64,000 nt of DNA from an uncultured Parcubacteria group bacterium (GCA_903944135.1 CAJAQL010000016.1:1903-65902); one strand, 5' to 3'. Positions 34,295 through 43,798 are shown, counted from the first letter of the stretch. Translations and numbers: made by a program. Notes: generated from the sequence alone by a model not told the origin.

Positions 34295-34358
34295 TGACTC
34301 CGCCTTCGCGGGAACAGGCTCCAGCAGGGATCCATCCTCAAAAAAGAAAAATAAAAAT

Positions 34359-35033
34359 ATGCAGAACGATCACTACGAGATAGAAATAAAATCACTTCTT
34401 GGCAGTCCGGAAAGCGCGGAACGCTTGAAAACGAAAATGCAGGAAGTCGATCCCTCGCTCGAAAGCATCGGCTCTCATCGTCAGCTCAATCATTATTTCG
34501 AAGGTAACGGCGACTTCAAGAAAGTCGCGGAGGTCTTGAAGGATGAAAACGATCATGCAAGATTTCTGGATATTGCAGCGAAGGCAAAAGAGATCTCGCT
34601 CCGCACGCGCGAAGCCGACGGTGCTGTGCTCCTTGTTCTGAAAGCATCCATTGATGACACAACGAGCGCAAACGGCACTGCCCGACGCGAATTCGAAGAG
34701 AAAGTCGATCTCCCGCTTGATGGCCTTGATAAAGCGATCCTTGCCGCGGGCTTCACCTATCAATCAAAGTGGTCGCGGGAGCGGCAGGAGTTCCGCTTCT
34801 CCGACGTAAACGTCACAATCGACCGCAACGCCGGCTACGGCTATCTCGCCGAGTTTGAATCCATCGAAAAAGATCCCGCACGCGCGGATGACGCGAAAGC
34901 GGAATTGCGGAAGCTCATGCAAAGCGTCGGCTGTGAGGAGCTCAACCAGGATCGTCTCGCGCGCATGTTCGCTTTTTATAACGCGCACTGGCCGGAATAC
35001 TACGGTACCGAGAAAGTATTTAATATAGAATAA
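34359..35033 (+). CDS. CYTH-superfamily (triphosphate tunnel) protein
   Basis: N-terminal EIEIK, QLNHYF, LRTR, RREFE, EFE motifs. Confidence 0.8.
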   Translation: MQNDHYEIEIKSLLGSPESAERLKTKMQEVDPSLESIGSHRQLNHYFEGNGDFKKVAEVLKDENDHARFLDIAAKAKEISLRTREADGAVLLVLKASIDDTTSANGTARREFEEKVDLPLDGLDKAILAAGFTYQSKWSRERQEFRFSDVNVTIDRNAGYGYLAEFESIEKDPARADDAKAELRKLMQSVGCEELNQDRLARMFAFYNAHWPEYYGTEKVFNIE

Positions 35034-35050
35034 ACGTTCTCTGAAAAATC

Positions 35051-36049
35051 ATGACCAACCGCATAAATCCCGATCATCCCGAATATCAATATCTCGATCT
35101 GCTCCAGGATATTCTGGATCATGGTGAGCGGCAGGAGGATAAAGGAACCGGAGCGGTCACGTGGAGCGTCTTCGGACGCCAACTCCGCTTCGACCTCAGC
35201 AAGGGATTCCCTCTCCTCACGACAAAAAAAGTCTATTGGAAGGGCGTGCTCTATGAGCTCGCGTGGTTCTTGTCCGGCCAATCGAACATCAAATATCTTG
35301 TGGATAATAACGTTCACATTTGGGACGATTATCCGTACAAGATCTACCGCGAAAAGATGGATCGCGGCGAACTGGCGCCGCTCACAAAAGATGAGTTCAT
35401 TGCAAAGATCGCGGGCGACGAAACGTTCGCAAAAACCTGCGGCGAACTGCCGCATATTTATGGTGAACTTTGGCGCCGCTGGCCAGGCAAGAACGGCCGG
35501 ACCGTCGACCAGGTCCAGTGGCTCGTGGATGATCTCAAAAAGGATCCCGACGCGCATAACGCGCTCATTTCAGCATGGGATCCGGAATATCTTTATGAAA
35601 TGGCGCTTCCCGAAGAGGCGTGCCGCTTCCCGATCTGCCACAACATGTGGCAGTGCAACGTGAAGAACGGAAAATTATCGCTCCATCTTTATCAGCGTTC
35701 TGCCGACACGTTCCTCGGCGTACCGTTCAACATCGCAAGCTATGCGCTTCTTACCGCGATCCTCGCACAAGTGACCGGCAATCAGCCCGGCGAGTTTATT
35801 CATACGTTCGGTGATGTCCATATTTACGATACTCACAAAGACGCCGTGAAAGAACAGCTCTCGCGCGAACCGAAACCGTTGCCGAAGCTCATTCTCGATC
35901 CGTCATTCAAAACCGTTGATGAGTTCAAGCCCGAATTTGCCAAGATCGAGGGATATAATCCGCATCCTACGATCAAAGCAGAACTCGCTCCGACCGGCGG
36001 CCTCACCACCGATTCATGGAAAAAGTTCATAGAGGAAAAGAAGGGGTGA
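35051..36049 (+). CDS. thyA: Thymidylate synthase
   Basis: FPLLTTK, IWD, PICH, YQRSAD.FLGVPFN, HIY. Confidence 0.96.
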   Translation: MTNRINPDHPEYQYLDLLQDILDHGERQEDKGTGAVTWSVFGRQLRFDLSKGFPLLTTKKVYWKGVLYELAWFLSGQSNIKYLVDNNVHIWDDYPYKIYREKMDRGELAPLTKDEFIAKIAGDETFAKTCGELPHIYGELWRRWPGKNGRTVDQVQWLVDDLKKDPDAHNALISAWDPEYLYEMALPEEACRFPICHNMWQCNVKNGKLSLHLYQRSADTFLGVPFNIASYALLTAILAQVTGNQPGEFIHTFGDVHIYDTHKDAVKEQLSREPKPLPKLILDPSFKTVDEFKPEFAKIEGYNPHPTIKAELAPTGGLTTDSWKKFIEEKKG

Positions 36050-36165
36050 TTTCGACGCCAAGATTTTCTGGATCCCGCCAGTTCCATAGAAGGACAACTA
36101 TCGGTCCATTCATATGAATGGACCGATAAAAATATCTGCGCGGGCAAATTTACTGATCGTATTCT

Positions 36166-36651
36166 CTATTTTCTTTCATAGACGCAGAAATCATAATCGA
36201 ATGCGTTCCTTCCATCTTTCGTGTACGGCTCCGAACTCACAAGGCGCCACTCAGCATCGCTCCATTCGGGGAAAAAAGTGTCGGCCTCAAATTTGCCATG
36301 CACCTGGGTGAGATACAATTTCCGTGCCACAGGCATGGCAAGATGATAGATCTGTCCACCACCGATGACAAAAGCTTCGTTTGATTTTTTTGCAATATCC
36401 AGCGCCTCATCAAGCGAACGCACCACACGGCAGCCATCCGCATAAAAATCCAGGCTTTTCGTAAGAACAATATTCGTCCGACCGGGAAGCGGCTTGCCGA
36501 TCGACTCGAAAGTCCTCTGCCCCATGATGACCGGATGTCCTATGGTCAATTCCTTGAACCGCTTGAAATCCTCAGGCAGATGCCATGGTATGCTGCCCCG
36601 AAAACCAAGTTCGCGATTTTCGCCTATCGCCGCAATGATAGAAATGATCAT
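36166..36651 (-). CDS. folA: Dihydrofolate reductase
   Basis: PWHLPEDFKRFK, MGQRT, LPGR, IGGGQIY, DTFFP. Confidence 0.96.
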   Translation of the reverse strand: MIISIIAAIGENRELGFRGSIPWHLPEDFKRFKELTIGHPVIMGQRTFESIGKPLPGRTNIVLTKSLDFYADGCRVVRSLDEALDIAKKSNEAFVIGGGQIYHLAMPVARKLYLTQVHGKFEADTFFPEWSDAEWRLVSSEPYTKDGRNAFDYDFCVYERK

Positions 36652-36733
36652 GGTTTAAAAAGATCCAAGAATCATGATTCATGATTCAGAAAGGATCATT
36701 CCTGAATCTTATCTCCCCAATCTTGAATCGAAG

Positions 36734-37033
36734 TTACGGCGCAATGAACGGATTCTGCCGTCCCACGGGTACCGGGCCGGTTGATGTCGGCTCAGAGATA
36801 TATTGTTTCAGCGCCTGGAATTCGTCGTTGTTCACCACGTCTTCCGGATTGACAGCACTCACCGAAAGAGAACTGACGTTCTGCAATGTTCCCGTGGGCA
36901 AGATGATGGCCGAGGGCGGCTCAACAAAAAAGATATAGTAGATCGCCGCCCCAATGACCGCAAGGACCACAAGCCATCCGAGGATAGCAAGAACATTACT
37001 GCTTTTCTTTTCTTCTTCAATGACGATCGCCAT
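36734..37033 (-). CDS. Small single-TM protein in the PilP position of the pilMNO operon
   Basis: TM followed by C-terminal GRQNPF; 3 nt downstream of pilO. Confidence 0.65.
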   Translation of the reverse strand: MAIVIEEEKKSSNVLAILGWLVVLAVIGAAIYYIFFVEPPSAIILPTGTLQNVSSLSVSAVNPEDVVNNDEFQALKQYISEPTSTGPVPVGRQNPFIAP

Positions 37034-37036
37034 GGA

Positions 37037-37645
37037 TTATTGCGTTTGATAATAAGTATCGACGGTTATGGAATAGTTGAACGCATCGCGCGTCGGTGCG
37101 GTTTTCGAACCTGGAACTGTCGCTACGGTCATCGGCTGAAGAGAGAAAGTCTCCACGTCGAATATCCTGACATTTGTCTCTATTTCTGAAAGAAAGTTCT
37201 TGAGGCTCTCGTAGCTGCCCGATCCCGTCAGTTTGAATGCGAAACTGCCCAACGGTTTTATGGGTGACGTCGATGAAGATGTCCCTGTTTTTTTGACCTG
37301 GATCTCGGGGGCTGTTACGGTGACGCCCGTTATGTTGATATTATTGTTTGTTGCGATGCCCTGGATCTGCGCGAGCGCTCCCGCAATATCCTCGCCGGAA
37401 GGCATTGCTAAACTTACGTTCGCAGCCCCCTGTGCTTCGTTCTGATAGGTGTTGAGGGTCGTCTGCACCTGTTTCACGAGCGCGGTCTGGCTCGTGAGAT
37501 AATTCTGTTCGCCAAGCTGCTTCCCCCGCAACGTCTGTACCTCGCTATACGTGGGCTGGACAAGATCAAAAAAGCAAACGAACGCCGCCACAATGAAGAT
37601 AAAAGCAACGAATACGCTCATAAGCCGTTTTGAACTTTGTTTCAT
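37037..37645 (-). CDS. pilO: Type IV pilus assembly protein PilO
   Basis: TM plus coiled coil, GSYESLKNFL..IE..VR motif; operon position. Confidence 0.8.
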   Translation of the reverse strand: MKQSSKRLMSVFVAFIFIVAAFVCFFDLVQPTYSEVQTLRGKQLGEQNYLTSQTALVKQVQTTLNTYQNEAQGAANVSLAMPSGEDIAGALAQIQGIATNNNINITGVTVTAPEIQVKKTGTSSSTSPIKPLGSFAFKLTGSGSYESLKNFLSEIETNVRIFDVETFSLQPMTVATVPGSKTAPTRDAFNYSITVDTYYQTQ

Positions 37646-38322
37646 AGTATTGGCATGTTATTCACGGGCGACGCCGTGGAAGTTGCTGCTGCCGAAGAGG
37701 TTGCCGCGGGTGTCGTTGTAGGAGTCGTTGCTTGAGATGCCGGCATCGGCACGGTCGGCGACGATGCGCCCGGCGTCCATAAAAGAATTGATGGATTCAC
37801 TACCAAAACAGCGTTGAAGGTCCAATCGTTCGCAGAAGACGAGAAGGCGACGTTCGAAAGCGTGACCGACGAGATGTTCGGCGACGCCTCGAATGCGGCG
37901 ACCTGTTCCGTGATGTCCGCCGATGTCTTTGCAACGCCTGAAAGCGTGATCTGATCACCAGATGCAAATGACATATTGGTATAGTAGATATTCCCCTCGG
38001 TATTCTGTTCTAGCCAGGTCAAAAATTGGGAGAAGAAAACGTGGCCCTTGATCAAAGACTGAATGTTGCTGATCTGCGAATAGAACGTGACAAGACTTGC
38101 CTCGTCCGATACCGAAACCGACTGTCCCAATTTTTGAGCCTGTCCCTGCAGCGAAGAAAGCTGGGAATTCAAGTACGGCTCATAGCCGAACTTCAAACCG
38201 GCATAGATAAAAATAATAATGAAAAAAATACTTCCGGCAAAAAGGATGATACCGGACGACCAGCCCGGAGATCGACTTGATCCCTGATTCAACTGTTGAA
38301 CGACCTGCTGCGGAAGTGCCAT
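37642..38322 (-). CDS. pilN: Type IV pilus assembly protein PilN
   Basis: TM plus coiled coil, ITLSGVA motif; between pilM and pilO. Confidence 0.75.
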   Translation of the reverse strand: MALPQQVVQQLNQGSSRSPGWSSGIILFAGSIFFIIIFIYAGLKFGYEPYLNSQLSSLQGQAQKLGQSVSVSDEASLVTFYSQISNIQSLIKGHVFFSQFLTWLEQNTEGNIYYTNMSFASGDQITLSGVAKTSADITEQVAAFEASPNISSVTLSNVAFSSSANDWTFNAVLVVNPSILLWTPGASSPTVPMPASQATTPTTTPAATSSAAATSTASPVNNMPIL

Positions 38323-38450
38323 AAGATAAGTATAAGATATTAGGCGAAAAGTGAAAAGTGAAAAAATTATTAAAGAATCTTTTACTTTGCCCCGATCAAT
38401 TGGTAGTTTTCAGGAAGGACTCTCCGAAAGATATTTTTGCGGGACTGGAT

Positions 38451-39539
38451 CTATGAAAGGAATTCCTTAAGGCCGAGACCGAGCGAAATCGGCATCACGG
38501 CGTTCAGTTCGCCCACGAGCGGCTCCATGGCGGCCGGATATTGGAACCGGGAAAAGGGAGATATTTTCACCGTCGGAAGACCGAGCGCACGTTCAACATA
38601 TTGTTCAAGACCGAGCAAATTGGCACCGCCTCCCGCAAGAACGACCCGTTCGGTTTTCCGTAAGCCCGGAAACTGTTCGCCATAGGAAAACTGCGCCTTC
38701 CTCACTTCATTCAGTATAACATCAAGGAATGGAAGCATAATGGTGGATAATTCGTAACTCGGCCCGGTACCCAAAACCCCCCGCTCTTTCTTCAATTCCT
38801 CGGCACGGAGCGGATTGATGTTCAAACTCGATGCCAAAGCCTGCGTCAAAGAAGCGCCTCCAAAATCGCTTTGCGTTGCCCAAACCAAACTCCCCTTTTC
38901 CAAAAAAACAACACTGGTCGAACGGCTTCCGATATCGATGACCATGGTCGACGTCGGATCGCCGCCGAAAATCCGCGTCAGACTCAAGCTTTCGATCTCG
39001 AGCGCGCGGAGCGTAAGCCCCGCGGCCGCAAACATCGCCTGATATTTCTTGATCTGTTCTTGCGGCACCGAGATCAAGAGTATTTTCTGATGGAAAAATC
39101 CCTTTTCATCTTCGAATTCGGCGACCTTGAGCCAGTCAAGCGCCACCTCGGAAAGCGGCAACGGAACATACTGCTTCGCTTGGTAAACGATCGCATGCTC
39201 GATCTCGCGCGGTTCCATTCTCGGAAAATCAAGCACCGAAATGAATGCGGAAAAGAGAGGCAAAGACGCGACGACATCTTTTGTGGGTGTTCCCATTTCG
39301 CGGACCACCGTCTTCAAAAGATCAACGATCTCCGATTCGAATATTTTCAAGCTGCTTGTTTGCAGCGCCTGATTTTCCCGCGCGAGATATCCGCTCGATT
39401 CCAGGATGCCGTAATTCACGAGTTCCGGCCGATCCTTGCCGTTCCTCACTTCGGCAACCTTAATAGACGTCGTACCGATATCGACGCCGAGATACGAAGG
39501 AAAAACTGTCCTCTGGAAAAAATTGAAAGGATTATCCAT
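38451..39539 (-). CDS. pilM: Type IV pilus assembly protein PilM
   Basis: GVDIGTTSIK, IDIG, LAGGGA, GLGL actin-like motifs. Confidence 0.92.
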   Translation of the reverse strand: MDNPFNFFQRTVFPSYLGVDIGTTSIKVAEVRNGKDRPELVNYGILESSGYLARENQALQTSSLKIFESEIVDLLKTVVREMGTPTKDVVASLPLFSAFISVLDFPRMEPREIEHAIVYQAKQYVPLPLSEVALDWLKVAEFEDEKGFFHQKILLISVPQEQIKKYQAMFAAAGLTLRALEIESLSLTRIFGGDPTSTMVIDIGSRSTSVVFLEKGSLVWATQSDFGGASLTQALASSLNINPLRAEELKKERGVLGTGPSYELSTIMLPFLDVILNEVRKAQFSYGEQFPGLRKTERVVLAGGGANLLGLEQYVERALGLPTVKISPFSRFQYPAAMEPLVGELNAVMPISLGLGLKEFLS

Positions 39540-39570
39540 GAAATCAAAATTGCTTCTTTGTCATTATAGC

Positions 39571-40260
39571 ATGAAATGCATTGATATTATTTCAAAAATC
39601 CTTTTTCCGCCGCAATGCCTTGCCTGTGCAGTTCGGCTCGACTCGGGGATTTTGTGCGAACCATGTCTTGAAGCGATTCCATGCTATACGACGCTTTTTT
39701 GCGCCCGCTGCGGCGCGAGGTCACCCGAGGCAAAGAAGATATGTCATCGGGAAACGCCCTACCTTCTTGGTTCCGTGGGACCTTACGATAATGCAACACT
39801 CAAGCTTTTGATCCAAAATCTGAAATTTCGCGGTGTGCGGCAAGCTGCAAAGCCACTTGCGATTCTTATCGCGCGCTATCTCAGGAAGATCCCAATTGAT
39901 ACCGGAAAGTTCATCCTTATCCCTCTGCCGCTTTCCCGCAAGCGGCGAAATGAACGCGGCTTCAATCAAGCGGCTGAAATCGCGAAATACCTCGCGGAAT
40001 ACCTGCCCATCCAAATAAGAAACGACATCCTGTTGCGAAATCGCAACACCAAACCCCAAACCGAAACCAAGAACGCCGCAGAACGGCAAAAAAACATTCT
40101 TGGCTGTTTTTCGGTCTCAAAACAGCGGGATATCTTCCGGAAGGACATTCTCCTTCTTGATGACGTCGTGACCTCCGGCGCAACGCTCGGAGAGGCGGCA
40201 TGCGCGCTCAAGGCCGCCGGCGCCCGAAAGATCATCGCCATCACGGCAGCGAAGGCGTGA
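39571..40260 (+). CDS. comF: ComF family competence protein
   Basis: N-terminal CxxC motifs, RGFNQA, LLLDDVVTSGATL. Confidence 0.92.
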   Translation: MKCIDIISKILFPPQCLACAVRLDSGILCEPCLEAIPCYTTLFCARCGARSPEAKKICHRETPYLLGSVGPYDNATLKLLIQNLKFRGVRQAAKPLAILIARYLRKIPIDTGKFILIPLPLSRKRRNERGFNQAAEIAKYLAEYLPIQIRNDILLRNRNTKPQTETKNAAERQKNILGCFSVSKQRDIFRKDILLLDDVVTSGATLGEAACALKAAGARKIIAITAAKA

Positions 40261-40317
40261 TGATGACTTCCCGTTTGATGCATAAATCTTAGATCAATAT
40301 TGTGCTACAATAAGCTT

Positions 40318-40785
40318 ATGGCATCATCCGAGACAGCATGGCAGGCACCGGAATTCGAATACCGCCCCAAAAGCGTTTCGTGGTACTGGATATCGATCAT
40401 CATCTCAGCTGCCATTATTGCTTTTTCCATTTGGGAACGGAATTTTCTTTTCGGCATATTCATCGTTATCGCCGAGATCCTTCTGATCGCATGGGGCAAC
40501 GAGATTCCCGTAAACCTTGATTTTTCCCTGACCGAAAATGATCTTCTGATCGGCGCCGAAAAGCACCACCAGATCAAACTTTTCGAGAACTTCAGCATAA
40601 ACGATCTCAATGACAACTGGATCGAGCTTTTTTTCACCTTTAAAAACAAGATCCGGGCGCCGCTCAAGATATTGGCCCCAAAGGAAAAAACCGATGATAT
40701 CCGGCAATGCCTCAAACCGGTCCTGCGCGAGGTCGAGTTCGAACCGTCGCTTCTCGATTCCCTTGAAAAAATCATCGGATTCTAA
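40318..40785 (+). CDS. Conserved hypothetical membrane protein
   Basis: WQAPEFEY..KS..WY motif and two TMs; TACAAT 6 nt upstream. Confidence 0.75.
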   Translation: MASSETAWQAPEFEYRPKSVSWYWISIIISAAIIAFSIWERNFLFGIFIVIAEILLIAWGNEIPVNLDFSLTENDLLIGAEKHHQIKLFENFSINDLNDNWIELFFTFKNKIRAPLKILAPKEKTDDIRQCLKPVLREVEFEPSLLDSLEKIIGF

Positions 40786-40804
40786 TATGGTAAGAGGGTT
40801 ATCC

Positions 40805-40876
40805 GTCCTCGTCGTTCAACGGATAGGACGCAAGATTGCGGATCTTGCAATCGAGGTTCGATTCCTCGCGAGGGCA
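40805..40876 (+). tRNA. tRNA-Arg(GCG)
   Basis: GTCCTCG...CGAGGGC-A; CAAGA-TT-GCG-GA-TCTTG; TTCGATT. Confidence 0.92.
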
Positions 40877-40914
40877 CAAAATTCATCTTCTTAAAAATTG
40901 ATCAGGCGATATCC

Positions 40915-41166
40915 ATGAAAATCTTCGGTGTCACCCTCATCGCTGTCATTATATTTGCCTTTGTCTTCTGGGGAGTTTTTTATTATTCCGCGCGCCTTTC
41001 AGGGGAAACAGTAACCCTACCGCAGGAAACGCCGATCGCCGCTTCATCTTCCATAAAATCATCCACCAAGACACAGGTCCCGACGACGACGATCCCTGAA
41101 AATTTCAAAGGACCCACCAGTACCCCCAGCATCATCGGCCCCAAAAGCAATCCTCCGAACTATTAG
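40915..41166 (+). CDS. Small membrane-anchored Ser/Thr/Pro-rich protein
   Basis: N-terminal TM and low-complexity stalk. Confidence 0.65.
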   Translation: MKIFGVTLIAVIIFAFVFWGVFYYSARLSGETVTLPQETPIAASSSIKSSTKTQVPTTTIPENFKGPTSTPSIIGPKSNPPNY

Positions 41167-41227
41167 GAATCTTCTTCGCCGCGGTTGAAATTTTTCAAAG
41201 AATCAGTAGAATGACAAAGTGCTCGCC

Positions 41228-41299
41228 GCGGGTATCGTATAGCGGCTATTATGCGACCTTGCCAAGGTCGAAATACGGGTTCGACTCCCGTTACCCGCT
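41228..41299 (+). tRNA. tRNA-Gly(GCC)
   Basis: GCGGGTA...TACCCGC-T; CGACC-TT-GCC-AA-GGTCG; TTCGACT. Confidence 0.94.
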
Positions 41300-41451
41300 C
41301 AAACAAAAATGAGCAGCTGTTACAGCGGCTTATTTTTGTTTGGGCATGATCGACAGTGAGTCGAACGCCGGAGCAGAATTTTTCAGCAGGAAAATTCCGT
41401 GAGGCGGTGCCCAGGCCAAACGCGAGCGGCGGCGAGCGTTTGAGCCGCGGG

Positions 41452-41470
41452 CGACTCCCGTTACCCGCTC
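41452..41470 (+). repeat. Direct repeat of the tRNA-Gly 3' end
   Basis: CGACTCCCGTTACCCGCTC identical to 41282-41300. Confidence 0.9.
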
Positions 41471-41863
41471 GTTATGGGAAATTTTTGACGCAATTCGTCT
41501 AAAGACATTGTGTTTACTTGTGTTTTCAGAGGTACGAACCATTCCAATTCTTGCTCTGCTGATTTTCGTTTATCTTTTACCCGTTCAAACGGTTTCTTCA
41601 ATGTTTTCGAGAGCGACTCTCTAATTTGATATACTTAAGACAACAAATAAAAATGGGTCCTTAGTGCCCGTGATCCTCCTGATTATAACGGAATTGCGGA
41701 AATAAAAAGTTTAAGGAAAATCGTTTTAATGAAGAGCTTTTCAAAAGGTCGCATAGATGGTTTTGAGATCATCACTGAGCGAGAAACTTTGCGTGTTTAT
41801 GCATGAGGCCAAAGAGAAATTTCAACTAAAAATATTTCGATTTCTTTAATAAATCAATAATCT

Positions 41864-42334
41864 ATGAAAAAGGTTCTTTGGTGGATCGGCGGCATCATAG
41901 TCGGAATCGTTTTGCTCACCGTGGCGGATCATATGTTTATCGCGATCAACCCGGGGAACAGCATGAATCCTTCGTTCAAAACCGATGCTATCCTCATCGT
42001 GATGCCGTTCTTCGCGCCGCAACGCGGCGAGATAGTCGTTTTCCGCGAGCCGAAAAATAACACCTCGTATTTTGTGAAGCGCATCGTGGGATTGCCGAAC
42101 GAGACCGTACAGATTCAAGACGGAGAGGTGCTGATAAACGGGAAAGTTTTGGATGAGCCGTATGTAAACAGCACGACAACGCCTATGAATGGCAGCGAAA
42201 CGAGTTCCAGTATAACTCTCGGTAACGCCCAATTTTTCCTTATGGGCGACAACCGTGCTGACAGCTACGACTCGCGGAGCTATGGGCCGATTCTTCGAAG
42301 CGATATTGTTAAGAAAGTGGTAACTGAACTTTAG
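41864..42334 (+). CDS. lepB: Signal peptidase I
   Basis: GNSMNPS (Ser), VKRIVGLP (Lys), MGDNR..S.DSR.YG. Confidence 0.92.
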   Translation: MKKVLWWIGGIIVGIVLLTVADHMFIAINPGNSMNPSFKTDAILIVMPFFAPQRGEIVVFREPKNNTSYFVKRIVGLPNETVQIQDGEVLINGKVLDEPYVNSTTTPMNGSETSSSITLGNAQFFLMGDNRADSYDSRSYGPILRSDIVKKVVTEL

Positions 42335-42420
42335 GTAATGAAGCGCGAATAAGGATAGATGTCGCGTCAAAACTGGAGAAGAAATGAGATTTAGATGCAG
42401 GGAAGCTCATGAGCATCTCA

Positions 42421-42454
42421 CAAAAGACGTCCATCGTACGATGGACGTCTTTTG
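42421..42454. terminator. Perfect 34-bp palindrome, possible terminator
   Basis: CAAAAGACGTCCATCGT|ACGATGGACGTCTTTTG. Confidence 0.6.
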
Positions 42455-42540
42455 TTTTCGGTCCGGATATTCTCTTCGCAAACGCATGAGACTTGAGCAT
42501 CATCAATAAAAAATGTTACACTCAACGCCAACCAGCCATC

Positions 42541-43311
42541 ATGCTAAAACTTATTTCTTTGAATGTTGAAGGATCGAAGCACTGGGATCGCATCGATCCT
42601 TTTTTAAACGAACAGAATGCCGATGTTATCTGCCTACAGGAAGTCTTCAAAAAAGATCTGTCCCATATCGAGCAACGTCTGCACATGCGATCATTGTTCG
42701 CGGCGATGACATTGCGCCATTACAATTTCTCGGATGAAAAATCTCCCTATGAAACGATGGGTATTGCCATACTGTCACGTTTGCCGATGCGCGCTGAAAA
42801 AGCACAATACTATCACGCACCCTCAAAAGAATTGCGACAGCTCGATAACAGCAACGAATACACCCAGGATGCAAGCATATGGCGCGCGCTTCTCTCAATA
42901 AACATAGATCGTGACGGCGAAGCGTTCACTATCGCAACCACGCACTTCACCTGGACGCCCGACGGTCTTCCGCGGGATTATCAATACGCCGCGGCCCATG
43001 CGCTCCTTGCGCTCCTCGAAGAAATGCCCGGTGTTGCGCTCTGCGGCGATTTCAACATACCTCGCGGGATCAATGACGTCTATAAGCTCTTTTCAGAGAA
43101 ATATCGTGACGCGATCCCCTCCTCGTACGCTGCCAGTCTTGATTTAACATTCCATAGGGCAAAAGATAATCCTCGTGCTGCGGAAGAAATGGCGAAATAC
43201 ATGGTTGACTATCTCTTTCTTTCGAAAGGCTACAGCGCAGAAAATGTCCGGCTCCATGCCGGTGTAAGCGATCACTGCGCGATCATCGCCTCATTATCCG
43301 CTCACGGATAA
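42541..43311 (+). CDS. Endonuclease/exonuclease/phosphatase (EEP) family protein
   Basis: SLN, CLQE, THF, GDFN, DY, SDH motifs. Confidence 0.88.
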   Translation: MLKLISLNVEGSKHWDRIDPFLNEQNADVICLQEVFKKDLSHIEQRLHMRSLFAAMTLRHYNFSDEKSPYETMGIAILSRLPMRAEKAQYYHAPSKELRQLDNSNEYTQDASIWRALLSINIDRDGEAFTIATTHFTWTPDGLPRDYQYAAAHALLALLEEMPGVALCGDFNIPRGINDVYKLFSEKYRDAIPSSYAASLDLTFHRAKDNPRAAEEMAKYMVDYLFLSKGYSAENVRLHAGVSDHCAIIASLSAHG

Positions 43312-43372
43312 AAATGAGATCCCATCTCTTGGCGAGAAACGGGATCCCAAAAAACTTCTTCATCGCGCACCG

Positions 43373-43798
43373 TTATCCGCGATGCACTTTGTCGCCCACG
43401 CGAACGCGTTTCGGAACCTTGATGCCGATCTGCTTGCCTTTCGGAGCTATCGTTATCGGCTTGTGGTCATACTGCATTGACTTGATCGGATGCTTGAAAT
43501 CGGTCGTGGCGCCCCTGAAATAAAGCACCGCGCCAAGCGGCACTTTTTCCCTGAACCGTACGATGGCAACGCTGATCTCGTTATAGAAATGCGTTACGAT
43601 GCCGATCGGCTTGCTGCCGTTCTTCTTCTTTTTTGCCGGCGCGGATTTTCTTATAACTCTCTTCTTAGTTTTCTTGGCGACTTTTTTAACGGTTGCCTTT
43701 TTTGCACGCACCGACTTCTTTTTCGCCGTTACTTTTTTTGCAGGCTTTCGTTTCGGCGCTATCTTCTTTTTTAAAACCTTTTTCGTTTTCTTTTTCAT
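43373..43798 (-). CDS. Lys-rich N-terminus fused to a translation-factor-like beta-barrel
   Basis: ~60 aa K/A/P-rich tail followed by IGIVTHFY..ISVA...G..IGIKV..RVRVGDKV. Confidence 0.8.
   Translation of the reverse strand: MKKKTKKVLKKKIAPKRKPAKKVTAKKKSVRAKKATVKKVAKKTKKRVIRKSAPAKKKKNGSKPIGIVTHFYNEISVAIVRFREKVPLGAVLYFRGATTDFKHPIKSMQYDHKPITIAPKGKQIGIKVPKRVRVGDKVHRG

Noticed and set aside
41471-41860. AT-rich gap after the tRNA-Gly repeat as a possible island remnant or ncRNA
   Set aside because: No convincing ORF, repeat or stable structure could be identified by eye.
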